DNA from: Fibrobacterota bacterium
GTDB lineage: Bacteria; Fibrobacterota; Fibrobacteria; UBA11236
Reading direction: 5' to 3'
Length of the DNA stretch: 64,000 nucleotides
NCBI GenBank assembly: GCA_023249635.1
Contig: JAHFCH010000002.1
Span: 46,179-110,178, forward strand
Part shown: piece after piece, positions 39,387 to 48,979 of the stretch
Layout of the letters: every line of letters starts with the position of its first letter
How positions within the stretch are numbered: the stretch's first letter is position 1
The notes under the pieces: model-generated
Told to the model about the DNA's origin: nothing
The model's database searches: none
The model's input: the letters and a program-made list of their open reading frames with translations, nothing else
Position numbers and translations under genes: made by a program

Positions 39387-40499
39387 TCAAGGAACGGTAA
39401 TGAGACCCGAGCGCCGGCTCGCGCCGGACCGCCAGAAGTAGACTCCCGCGCCGGCCAGACGGCCCGAACCATCGGACTTGTCCCAGGCCGGCGTATCCCC
39501 GCCACCGATACCCCCGCGACCCCAGGCCGTCGCGGCCGGCAGTTCGCGTACCAGGCGACCGGAACGGTCGAAGATGGAAACGGGTTCTGCCGCCGAAGCG
39601 GCGAGCGCCGAGGCCGCGCGGAACTCCGGGGCGGTGCGGCGGATGGGCGAGGCCAGGGCCATATTGGTGGTGATCATGAGGGTGGACGAAGCCACGTGGC
39701 GTTCCGCGAAGAAGAAGTCGAGAGGATAGGTGTTCCCGTCTTCGATGCCGAGTTCCGCTTTGCGCGCATCGAGATCGACCGAGTCGTACTGGGTCTGGTG
39801 AACGCCGCCCATATCCACTACGCGCTTGCCGTTGAGGAAGACCCAGATATCATCGTCCCCCTGGTAACGCAGCAGTTGCGCCTTACCCTGTTGGTAGGAG
39901 AACTCCGTATGCAATTCCATCGTGAAGCCGTAATTGTGCATGCTCAGGTCCTTACCGTCCAACTCCCCCGTCTGGAGATTGCCGAAGGGATCGGGGTCGG
40001 TCGGATGGATCTTCGTTACGGGCTTGCCGGCGTCGATCGGGAAGAAGGCGTTGTCCCTGAAAACATAGAGATCGGAATTGGCGTCCTTCTTGAAGGTGAG
40101 CCCGACCAGGAAGGCGCGGTTGATCGCCGCGTCCTGATCCGAGAACCAATCGGAGAAGCGCGCCGGCGGAGCATAGCAGGCCGCGATGGAGCCCGGGAGC
40201 GGATCCAGCAGCTTGGGCCCGCGGTTGTCCCCGGGAAAGGCGCCGCCGTCGGCGGGGCCCGATACGTCGAGATCGGCCTGTACGGTATTGACGCCCAGCT
40301 CCTGGGCGCTGCAACCGATGGGCACGTTGAAATGCGGATGCGTACCCTCCGGCGAGGTGGGATTCTTCTCCTTGAAATCCCGGACCTTGGCGGTAAGGGT
40401 GAACTCGGACGCTTGCGCGTACGCACCCGCTGCGGCACAGGTCAACGACAGGCAAAAGATGGGCATGGCCGTGGCCGGCCAGGGCAGACGACTTCTCAT
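39387..40499 (-). CDS. Secreted fibro-slime protein with FlgD/CTD-like tail
   Basis: VRDF, HPHF, HNYGFTMELH, GDDDIWVFLN, DMGGVH, LDFFFAER; tail IFDRSGRLVREL...WD..D.SG....GVYF. Confidence 0.87.
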   Translation of the reverse strand: MRSRLPWPATAMPIFCLSLTCAAAGAYAQASEFTLTAKVRDFKEKNPTSPEGTHPHFNVPIGCSAQELGVNTVQADLDVSGPADGGAFPGDNRGPKLLDPLPGSIAACYAPPARFSDWFSDQDAAINRAFLVGLTFKKDANSDLYVFRDNAFFPIDAGKPVTKIHPTDPDPFGNLQTGELDGKDLSMHNYGFTMELHTEFSYQQGKAQLLRYQGDDDIWVFLNGKRVVDMGGVHQTQYDSVDLDARKAELGIEDGNTYPLDFFFAERHVASSTLMITTNMALASPIRRTAPEFRAASALAASAAEPVSIFDRSGRLVRELPAATAWGRGGIGGGDTPAWDKSDGSGRLAGAGVYFWRSGASRRSGLITVP

Positions 40500-40700
40500 G
40501 GTCTTGTCACTCCGTTTGCGGAAGGCCCCGTTGGGGGTCCCCTGATGGCGCGCGGGAGGGTGGGCGGTCGCTCAGGCCCCGTGCTCAACAGCGAAGATAA
40601 ATTCCGCCCGGGAAGGAGGGGGAAATTTCCGGAGCCTTTTCCGACGGGGTAACTTAGAGCTTTTTGCGCGGTGTTCGGGTGCGCTATGCGCGCTGTTTCC

Positions 40701-42623
40701 CTAGTGCGCTTTGCGCGCTGTGTCCAAAAGCGTCCGCACCAAAGCGGCCAACTGCGCGGGCGAAAACGGCTTCTCCAGAAACGCGTCGGCCGGCACGATG
40801 ATGCCGCGATCCGCCAGGCTCTCGAGGGAATGCCCGGATATGAACAACGTGCGCAACCCCGGCTTAACGGCCTGCATGCTTTCGGACATCTCATGACCGC
40901 CTTCGCCGCGCAGCATCACGTCGGTGACGACCAGATCAACGGCCGAGGGATCGGCGGAAACGATATCCATGGCTTCCGCCGCCGAAGCAGCTTCCACCAG
41001 CTGGAATCCATACCGGCCCAGGATCATCAGGATCATTTCGCGCAGACTGGGTTCGTCTTCCACTACCAGTACGGTTTCACCCGCGCTCTGGGTCCAAGCG
41101 TTGCCGGTCTCGCTCGGCGCCACCGGGGCTTCGGCGGTAGCGCGCGACAAGGCGATGCGGAAGCGGCTGCCCGCGCCAACTTCACTCTCCACGCTGATGC
41201 CGCCGCCGGCCTGCCCTACGATACCGTAAACGGTAGCTAGCCCCAAGCCCGTACCGCGGCCGCCGCGCTTGGTGGTATAAAAGGGTTCGAAGATGCATTC
41301 CAGCGTCTCGGGTCCCATGCCCATGCCCGTGTCTTCCACGCAGATGGTGACATGCGGCCCCTCTCCGGTGGCCAGATGCGTGAAGACGTCCCCGACGCCG
41401 ACATCCTGCACCGCGGTCGTCAATGTCAGCACGCCGCCCTCAGGCATGGCATCCCGCGCGTTGACGCACAGGTTCAGGAGCAACTGTTCCAATTGCCCCG
41501 GCTCAAGCAGCACGGCGGCGGCGCCCGCTTCGGGACGCACCCGGAAATCCACCCGCGCGCCCAACAAGCGCTGCAGCATGGGGGCCATCTCGCGCACGGC
41601 CGCATCCACGTTCACGGGCTTTGCGCTGCCTCCCTCGGAGCGGCTGAAGGACATCAGGCCCCGGGTCATGGAAGCGGCGGTCTCGCCGGCGCGCTTGATG
41701 GCCTTGAGCCCCGAGGCCACCGGGCCTTCCACGCCGGGCAGTGTCAGCAGATGCTCGCTGTAGCCGTTGATGGCCGTAAGCAGGTTGTTGAAGTCATGGG
41801 CCACTCCCCCGGCCAGGCGGCCCAGGGCTTCCATCTTCCGGGCCTGGCGTTCGTGATCCCGCGCCCCCAGACGAGCCGATCCCGGCGCTTCCGCTTCCGG
41901 TTCCTCCAAAGCTGCCAGGTACAATGCCACCGCGGGGGCGTCATTGACGGCGGCGCCGGTCACGTACACGCAGCACCTGAGCGGGCCGTCTTGCTTACGA
42001 GCGATGTCGACGGAGAAGCGGGATTCGGGAATGGCGCCTGCGGTGGCGTCCAACGCGCCTTCGAGAATGGGCTTGGCGGCGGCCGGGAACAAATCGAGCA
42101 CGGAAACCGAGGCGAACTCGCTTTCGCCGTAGCCGAGCAGTTCCTGCGCGGCCGGGTTGGCCATCAGCACGCGGCGGCCCGCCGCCAACAAGATGCCGAT
42201 GGGTGCGGAGTCGAATAAGGTGCGGAAGCGGCGCGTCTCGGCGCGGCTGCGCAAAACGGCCTGCTGCATCGCGCGGGCCAAGGCGCCGCCGTCCAGGCCG
42301 TCCCGTTCCAAACAGGCTTGGGCCCCTTCGGCGATGAGCGTTTCCACCATGGCCGCATCTTCGTCATGCGTCAGGGCGAGGACCGGCGTACCGGGCAACA
42401 ATCCCGCGGCCCTGCGATAGGCTTCCAATCCCTGGCAATCGGGCAACGCCAGATCGACGAGGATGGCCGAGAACCCGCCGGCCGCGCGGGCCGGGGCCGC
42501 CAGGGCGATGGCCTTGGCCATGCGATCGGCGTGGGTGACATGGATTTGGGTTTGGGAGGAGAGAAGGGCCCGGGCGAGCCCGCCGCGGCCTTCGATCAAA
42601 AGGATGTTGAGAGACTCGGCCAC
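40701..42623 (-). CDS. Hybrid sensor kinase (REC-PAS-HisKA-HATPase-REC)
   Basis: ILVDLALPD; [13 protein letters not shown]; NARDAM; FEPFYTTK; GTGLGL; VVTDVML..EKPF. GTG start with RBS GGGAG. Confidence 0.93.
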   Translation of the reverse strand: MAESLNILLIEGRGGLARALLSSQTQIHVTHADRMAKAIALAAPARAAGGFSAILVDLALPDCQGLEAYRRAAGLLPGTPVLALTHDEDAAMVETLIAEGAQACLERDGLDGGALARAMQQAVLRSRAETRRFRTLFDSAPIGILLAAGRRVLMANPAAQELLGYGESEFASVSVLDLFPAAAKPILEGALDATAGAIPESRFSVDIARKQDGPLRCCVYVTGAAVNDAPAVALYLAALEEPEAEAPGSARLGARDHERQARKMEALGRLAGGVAHDFNNLLTAINGYSEHLLTLPGVEGPVASGLKAIKRAGETAASMTRGLMSFSRSEGGSAKPVNVDAAVREMAPMLQRLLGARVDFRVRPEAGAAAVLLEPGQLEQLLLNLCVNARDAMPEGGVLTLTTAVQDVGVGDVFTHLATGEGPHVTICVEDTGMGMGPETLECIFEPFYTTKRGGRGTGLGLATVYGIVGQAGGGISVESEVGAGSRFRIALSRATAEAPVAPSETGNAWTQSAGETVLVVEDEPSLREMILMILGRYGFQLVEAASAAEAMDIVSADPSAVDLVVTDVMLRGEGGHEMSESMQAVKPGLRTLFISGHSLESLADRGIIVPADAFLEKPFSPAQLAALVRTLLDTARKAH

Positions 42624-42753
42624 AGAAGCTCCCGCCGCGCCCGCAGGGCTGCGCCCATGCCCCCGCATGGGTTTGGCGCGTTGGGAGACGATACCATATC
42701 ACGGAAAGGGAAAGCAACGGGAGTAATGCTCCCGGGGCCCGCAGGGGCGGTCT

Positions 42754-45342
42754 TCAGGGCCAGGGGTGTTTCGGATACCGTCTTTTCAACTCTTTTTTCA
42801 CCTCGGGATAGGTATTCTTCCAGAATCCGGAAAGGTCCGCGGTTTTCTGGACCGTGCGGTAATTGGGCGCCAGGATATCGTAGACCACGTCCAGCTTGCC
42901 CTCCAGAATGGAAGTGCGTCCTTCCATGCCCAGGAAATCTCCCAGGCGCGCGGACAGCTCCGGCGGGCCGCTCTCGGAGTAGGTAAGCTTGCCCATGCGG
43001 CCCCCGGCCAGCTTCAGCGAAGTGGGCACGCTGCGATCGACGAAAGCGGCCAGGGATTCCCCCAGGTATTCCCGTAACGCCCGCGTTACGGAGGCGTTCT
43101 CCAGATCGCGGACGGAGGATCGGCCGGCGCAGAGTTCGTGGTAGACCAGGCGCCAATCGTCCTTGTCGAGCTTGGGCAGGCCATAGTCGGGATAATGCTT
43201 GGCGGCGAGCTTGATGCGCAGGGCGAATTGCTTCGCCTCGTCGTCCATGCCGGGCAGTTCGATGGTTCCGGCGACCAGCTGTTCCACCAGCAAGCGCTCG
43301 GTCTCTTCGGGATCGAGGGCGCCTTCGCGCAGGGGCTTGCGCTCCAGGGCGATGCCGCGGAAAAGGAATTGCTCCTCCTGTACCGCCTTGCCTTTGGCCT
43401 GATCCCAACCGCCCACCTTGGTCCAGCGGCATTCCCCCGGGAAAGCTTCATCGATCCAGGCGGGCTCGCACGGCAGCAGCATGGGGATGCCCACTTGCCG
43501 GTTCTGGTTGGCCCCGCCGGTCTCGTGCAATTCCAGGGCCAGGATCACGGTAACGTCGGCGGGAAGGGTGCCCGCTTCGACCACCCCGCGACGGCCATCG
43601 GCCAGGACGAAGCTCTGGCCCTTCTCCACCCGGGCGGCAATGCGATCCTGGAAGGGCAGGAGCCAGCAACGCGTGGCCGCGGCACGCAAAGCGGCTTCCT
43701 CCTGCTGGGGCGTAAGCTTTTGCGTTCCCGGACGCTGCGTTTGCGCGGGACCGTCGAGCCCGAGTTCAGGGATCTTGTCCAGCAGACGAAGCAACTGCTT
43801 GTAAGATTCCCGGGTTTCCCGATCGAAGCGGCGGGCTTCCACATCGCTCGCCAAATCGAGACCCAGGGCGAATAGATCCGGTGTGGAACCCTTGGCACGG
43901 CGCGCCTGGGATTCGAGGATGGCGGCCATGGCCGCTGCCTGGGGACCGACCCCTCCGCGGCGCGCGTCCAGGAGTACCCGGGCCAGCACGGGATGGGCGG
44001 GAAATCGCACCAGCGCCCGGCCCAATTCGGTGATGCGGCTGCCACCCGCGGCCTGGGTAGCTTGCGGGTTACCTCGGTTCGACAGGGCGCCGATGCGCTC
44101 CAGCGACGTCTCCGCCCGGTCCCAAAGCGCCGGGGCCGGAGGGGTGAGCCAAGGGACCAACAGGGGATCGACGGGAGCGGCCGATCGGCGGATACGTCCG
44201 AAGCGATCGGCCAGGGAATGCAGGGACAAGATCATGGAGGTGGGTTCGACCCGCAAAGCTTCCGGATCCAGGGCAGCGGCCATCCCGCGTTCCCGGTCCT
44301 GGGACCAAAGCCGTATGCATTGGCCGGGGGCGGTGCGGCCGGCGCGGCCCGCGCGCTGGCGCGCGTTCTGCAGGCTGATCGATCCCAAGTAGAGCGTATT
44401 CATATCCCGCTGGGTACTATACGCGGCGATACGCGCCTGCCCCGAATCGATCACGGCCGTAATGCCGGGGATGGTCAGCGAGGTTTCCGCCACATTGGTC
44501 GCGACGATGACGCAAGGGCCGGCGGCGGGCGCCCGCAAGGCCCGCTGTTGGGCCTCCATCTCCATGGAGCCGTGCAACTCATGCAGGCCGATGCCGTGCT
44601 GGCGGCAAAGCGGATCGAATGCCTCCAGGGTGCGCCTGATCTCGCCCTGCCCGGGCATGAAGATGAGGGTGGAACCGGAAACTCCCTGGGCCAGCAGCCG
44701 CTTGAAGGCGCGTAAGGCTTGTTGCGACAGGGGTTCTTGGGAGACGCCGGGCTGATGGGAGATGTCCACGGGAAAGGTTTCCGCGTCGACTTCGATTATA
44801 GCCGCGACGCCGCCGGCAGGCGCCATGTAGGCCTTGAGACCTTCCAACTCCAGGGTGGCGGACATGACCAAAATGGCCAGGTCCGGGCGCGCTTCGGCCC
44901 GCAAGCGTTTGAGCCAGGCCAGGCTGGCGTCGGCCTCCAGGGTGCGCTCATGGAATTCATCCAGCAGCACGGTGCCTACGCCTTCGAGCAGGGGATCGGA
45001 AAGCAATTGCTGGAAGAAAACTCCGTAGGTCTGGTAGAGGATGCGGGTGTTGGCCCCGGATTTGCCTTCGAAGCGTACCTGGTAGCCCGCGGTGGCTCCC
45101 ACGCTTTCGCCCAATTCTTCGGCCACGCGCAAGGCCAGGTTGCGCGCCGCGATACGCCGCGGTTGCAAGACCAATATCCGTCCCGGTCTGCCGAGCAGGA
45201 AACGCGGCACCTGGGTGGACTTGCCCGTTCCCGGAGGCGCGCACAGGACCAGCGCGCCCTCCCGTTCCACGGCGGTTACGATGGCTTCGCGATGCGCCAA
45301 TATGGGAAGCGGGCGCCCGCCCGCGGGAATGGACGCCGACAT
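42754..45342 (-). CDS. hrpB: ATP-dependent RNA helicase HrpB
   Basis: APPGTGKST, QPRRIAAR, DEFHER, MSAT, ATNVAETSLTI, QRAGRAGR; C-terminal FW..TYPEVKKELK.RYPKHPWP. Confidence 0.94.
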   Translation of the reverse strand: MSASIPAGGRPLPILAHREAIVTAVEREGALVLCAPPGTGKSTQVPRFLLGRPGRILVLQPRRIAARNLALRVAEELGESVGATAGYQVRFEGKSGANTRILYQTYGVFFQQLLSDPLLEGVGTVLLDEFHERTLEADASLAWLKRLRAEARPDLAILVMSATLELEGLKAYMAPAGGVAAIIEVDAETFPVDISHQPGVSQEPLSQQALRAFKRLLAQGVSGSTLIFMPGQGEIRRTLEAFDPLCRQHGIGLHELHGSMEMEAQQRALRAPAAGPCVIVATNVAETSLTIPGITAVIDSGQARIAAYSTQRDMNTLYLGSISLQNARQRAGRAGRTAPGQCIRLWSQDRERGMAAALDPEALRVEPTSMILSLHSLADRFGRIRRSAAPVDPLLVPWLTPPAPALWDRAETSLERIGALSNRGNPQATQAAGGSRITELGRALVRFPAHPVLARVLLDARRGGVGPQAAAMAAILESQARRAKGSTPDLFALGLDLASDVEARRFDRETRESYKQLLRLLDKIPELGLDGPAQTQRPGTQKLTPQQEEAALRAAATRCWLLPFQDRIAARVEKGQSFVLADGRRGVVEAGTLPADVTVILALELHETGGANQNRQVGIPMLLPCEPAWIDEAFPGECRWTKVGGWDQAKGKAVQEEQFLFRGIALERKPLREGALDPEETERLLVEQLVAGTIELPGMDDEAKQFALRIKLAAKHYPDYGLPKLDKDDWRLVYHELCAGRSSVRDLENASVTRALREYLGESLAAFVDRSVPTSLKLAGGRMGKLTYSESGPPELSARLGDFLGMEGRTSILEGKLDVVYDILAPNYRTVQKTADLSGFWKNTYPEVKKELKRRYPKHPWP

Positions 45343-45521
45343 GCACCGAAATGTCCTAAATCGAAAGTAACGCTGCAAGTTTTACTTCAAGTTGACGCGC
45401 CAGATCGCTTCCAAAGCATGCCCGGACATGGGTTTACGCACCGTCGTATGGTTGTAAATGGGGCTTCCATGTTGCGATAATGGTGACAGGCGCAAATTAC
45501 CCGCGCCGATGGGAAGCGCAA

Positions 45522-46292
45522 GTGGATATATCGACATTTCTAGGACCGGTCTTGGCCATCGGCATGATCCTGGGCGGCATGATCATCGAGGGCGGCCATA
45601 TCCAATCCCTGATGCAGATCACGGCGCTCATGATCGTGGGCGGCGGCGCCGCTGGTTGCATCATCGCGAGCTTCCCGCTGGACCATACCATCCAGGCGCT
45701 CAAGGCGCTCACGATCTGTATCATGCCCCCTAAGAACAACCACGAGAAAGTGATCGCCGAACTCACCGAGCTCTGCCAGTTCGCGCGCAAGAACGGCATC
45801 ATGGCGCTGGAGTCCAAGGCCAAAGCCCATCCGGATCCGTTCACCCGCAAGGGCCTGACCCTGGTGGTGGACGGCATCGATCCGGCCATGCTGCTGAGCA
45901 TCCTGGAAACGGAATTGGAAACTTTCGAGGAGCATGCCAAGGTTCCCATCGGCGTGTTCGAAGGCGGCGGCGCCTATGCCCCTACCATCGGAATCATCGG
46001 GGCCGTGCTCGGCCTTATCCACGTGATGTCCAACCTGGACGATCCCTCCAAACTGGGCGGCGGCATCGCCACCGCGTTCGTGGCCACCATTTACGGCCTC
46101 GCCATCGCGAACATCATCGCGCTGCCCCTTGCCAGCAAATACAAGATCCGTGTGCACGAGATGGTGCATGAGAAGAACATGATCATGCAGGGCATCGTCG
46201 CGCTCCAGAACGGCGAGAACCCCCACTTCCTCAGCCAGCGCCTGCGCGCCTTCGTGGCCGGCGGCCATGGCGGCAAAGAAGCCGCCCACTAG
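45522..46292 (+). CDS. motA: Flagellar stator protein MotA
   Basis: ARKNGIMALE, GLTLVVDG, YAPTIGIIGAVLGLI, IATAFVATIYG, GENP. Confidence 0.93.
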   Translation: MDISTFLGPVLAIGMILGGMIIEGGHIQSLMQITALMIVGGGAAGCIIASFPLDHTIQALKALTICIMPPKNNHEKVIAELTELCQFARKNGIMALESKAKAHPDPFTRKGLTLVVDGIDPAMLLSILETELETFEEHAKVPIGVFEGGGAYAPTIGIIGAVLGLIHVMSNLDDPSKLGGGIATAFVATIYGLAIANIIALPLASKYKIRVHEMVHEKNMIMQGIVALQNGENPHFLSQRLRAFVAGGHGGKEAAH

Positions 46293-46315
46293 GCCTGAGT
46301 CCTTTCCGGCAATCC

Positions 46316-47182
46316 ATGGCGAAGAAAGTAAAGCACCCAGAGCACGTCAATCACGAACGTTGGCTCGTATCCTACGCCGATTTCATCACCCTTTTGTTTG
46401 CGACCTTCACCGCGCTCTACGCCTTGTCCAAGGCCGACGCCAGCAAGGCCAAGGCCGTCGCCGACGGCATGCGCGAAGCCTTCGGCGTCAGCGGCGCCAA
46501 AATGGTCAACATGGAAGCGCTGGACGTGAACGGGATTCCCTCCGATCGTTCGCGCCTGCCCACCGGCAACGGCAACGAGAACGCGCCGCCCGCCGCAACC
46601 AAGGAAGCCGGCAAGCAGGAATTCGAAGAGATCAAGAAGCAGGTCGAGGAATTCCTGATGACCAAGGGCATGTACGATAAGGTGGCCGTGGACCGCCAGG
46701 AACGCGGCCTGGTCGTAAGCATGAAGGACGCCGGCGTATTCGAATCGGGACAGGCCGACGTCAAGGCAGAGGCCTATAAGATCCTGGAAGAGCTCGCCAA
46801 GAAAATCCTCTCTTTCCGCAACCCCGTGCGTATCGAAGGCCATACCGACAACATCCCCATCCATTCGCGCACTTATCCCACCAATTGGGAGCTGTCCTCG
46901 GCCCGCGCCACCAACGTGGTGCGCGTACTCACCGATCGTTTCCATGTGCCGGCGGGGAAGATTTCGGCGACCGGCTACGGCGATTCCCGGCCCAAGACCA
47001 GCAATGATACGCCAACCGGGCGCGCGCGCAACCGTCGCGTGGATATCGTGATCCTTTCCGATTCGGGGGAAGCCTCGGAGCCCGAGACGGTCATCGATGA
47101 AGCTGGTGGCGGAAGTATGGGGGACGGCAGCAGCGCGGCCGCACCGGAAGGCGGAGCGCCCGCGCCCGGCGGAGCGCTCTAG
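46316..47182 (+). CDS. motB: Flagellar stator protein MotB
   Basis: ERWLVSYADFITLLFATF; OmpA-like IEGHTDN, NWELSSARA, NRRVDI. Confidence 0.94.
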   Translation: MAKKVKHPEHVNHERWLVSYADFITLLFATFTALYALSKADASKAKAVADGMREAFGVSGAKMVNMEALDVNGIPSDRSRLPTGNGNENAPPAATKEAGKQEFEEIKKQVEEFLMTKGMYDKVAVDRQERGLVVSMKDAGVFESGQADVKAEAYKILEELAKKILSFRNPVRIEGHTDNIPIHSRTYPTNWELSSARATNVVRVLTDRFHVPAGKISATGYGDSRPKTSNDTPTGRARNRRVDIVILSDSGEASEPETVIDEAGGGSMGDGSSAAAPEGGAPAPGGAL

Positions 47183-48714
47183 GCGAAATCCTCGCGGCCC
47201 GCGCGGTGACGCAAGGCGGCGGACAATTCCCTTTCCAGGTTTTCCATCGCGAGCGGTTTGGCGATGAAGGCATCCATGCCGGCGGCGATACAGCGGTCGC
47301 GTACCCCGGTCGAGGTGTTCGCCGTAAGCGCGGCGATCCAGGCGCGACCGCCGGTGCGGAGCTCCTCCGCGCGGATTGCTTCGGTGGCGGCGAATCCATC
47401 CATCAAAGGCATCTGGCAGTCCATCAGGATCAAGTCATAGGCCGTGCGCCCGCAGGCCACCACCGCCTCGCGGCCATTGTCCACGATCTCGGCCTGGTAC
47501 CCCAACTTTTCCAGATAACCCGTCACGACGATCTGGTTTACGGGATTGTCTTCCACCACGAGTATGCGGAAAGGCCCCGGCTCGCGCCGGCGTTCGATAC
47601 CCTGGGCGCGCACATCGCCCCCTTGGGCGGCCGGACCGCGTGCAGAACCCGGGCCATCGGCGCGAGGCGAATCGGACGCGCGTCGATCACCGTCCACGGG
47701 GTGCAGGCCTTCCAGGGGACGGGCTAGCCAATCCTGTTCCGTTCCCTCGGCCCGCTCATGCAAATCGGAGAGGCGGCGCACCGAGGCGGTGATCAAACCC
47801 AGGAAACGCTGTTGCCCCGCGTCCAGGGCGGTGCGGCCGAGCAGTCCGGCCATGCGGGACAGGCCGTGCAGGGGAAGGCGCATCTTGCGATAGGCCGAAG
47901 CCAGGCGTCGCCGTTGCTGGTCGAGCCGCGCTGCCGCGGTTTCGATGCGTTTGCGCGCGGTGATGTCCTTGGCGAAAATGGCGATGCCGCCCACCTCGCG
48001 GCCGGAGAGGATGGGATGGAACCAGACCTCGAGCACCTCGCGGCCGCCGGTCCAATCCAAGGCTTGCTCCTCCTGGAAGCGCTCCAACCCGCGCACCCGC
48101 TCTACCGCGCCGCGCCAGCGCGATTGCAGGGCGGGCGCGAGACGATCCAGGAAGCAGACGCCTTCGACCATGGGTTGGCCGGTGAGCTTGAGGCATAACA
48201 GGCTGGCGGCGGAATTGAAAGCGAGCACGTTGCAGTCCAGGTCCATGGACCAGATGGCATCCGAGGTATTCTCGATGAGGCCATGGAGGTTGGCGCGGTC
48301 GCGCCGGATGCGCGCTTCCGCCGCGCGCAGGGCGGCGGTCTCGCGGAAGGAGTTCAAGGTGCGCATGACGGTGGGAATGAACCGCGACATGCTGGATTTG
48401 AGCACGTAGTCGGCGGCGCCGTTCTTGAGCGAGTCGATGGCGAGTTCTTCCCCCAAACGGCCGGAGAGGAATATGAACGGCACCGTGGGGCATTCGCGGC
48501 GGCACAGCGACAAGGCCTTGAGGCCGTCCCCGTCCGGGATCTCGTGATCGGAGATGATCAGGTCGTAAGTCTGGGCCCGTAATGCGGTTTCGAATTCGGC
48601 GAGGGACTCGGCGCGGCGCAGCACGATCTGCATTCCTTGCGCCTTGAGCAACGTTTCTGCCATCTCCGCGAAAAAGGGATCATCTTCAAGGTGGAGGATG
48701 CGTAATGCTTGCAT
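47179..48714 (-). CDS. REC-PAS-degenerate HisKA-REC signalling protein
   Basis: N-terminal LHLEDD..IISD receiver; PAS; AYRKMRLPLHGL at the H-box position; no HATPase; C-terminal VVEDN..ILMDCQMP..KP receiver. Confidence 0.85.
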   Translation of the reverse strand: MQALRILHLEDDPFFAEMAETLLKAQGMQIVLRRAESLAEFETALRAQTYDLIISDHEIPDGDGLKALSLCRRECPTVPFIFLSGRLGEELAIDSLKNGAADYVLKSSMSRFIPTVMRTLNSFRETAALRAAEARIRRDRANLHGLIENTSDAIWSMDLDCNVLAFNSAASLLCLKLTGQPMVEGVCFLDRLAPALQSRWRGAVERVRGLERFQEEQALDWTGGREVLEVWFHPILSGREVGGIAIFAKDITARKRIETAAARLDQQRRRLASAYRKMRLPLHGLSRMAGLLGRTALDAGQQRFLGLITASVRRLSDLHERAEGTEQDWLARPLEGLHPVDGDRRASDSPRADGPGSARGPAAQGGDVRAQGIERRREPGPFRILVVEDNPVNQIVVTGYLEKLGYQAEIVDNGREAVVACGRTAYDLILMDCQMPLMDGFAATEAIRAEELRTGGRAWIAALTANTSTGVRDRCIAAGMDAFIAKPLAMENLERELSAALRHRAGREDFA

Positions 48715-48979
48715 GTTCGCGGGCCGCTCAGGAGCAAGTATAGACGCCGGCGACCCATTCCGCGCAAGCGGCATCGGCGTCCGGCACGCACACAATGTAA
48801 GCGGGGGGTCAAATGGAAGCGCGACGATTCGCCTTGGCCGCGCCGGAAGGCCCACGAAGGCAGGTAACGCCGGAAATACCGTTCCAGTTGCGTTTCAAGG
48901 GTTCCGCGGCCCGTTTAAGGCATCCGGATCAGCGGGGCGTAACGTTCCGGTTAAACCGGGAAGGGGGCTGGAATACGGG

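Noticed and set aside
45522-47182. motAB as Zorya zorAB or as exbBD/tolQR
   Set aside because: MotA has normal length with no ZorA tail, MotB has the canonical W..(S/T)YAD helix, and there are no zorC/D/E neighbours.
48881-48920. Two 20-nt imperfect direct repeats (GTTCC...CGTTT.AAGG)
   Set aside because: Only two degenerate copies; cannot be distinguished from chance.
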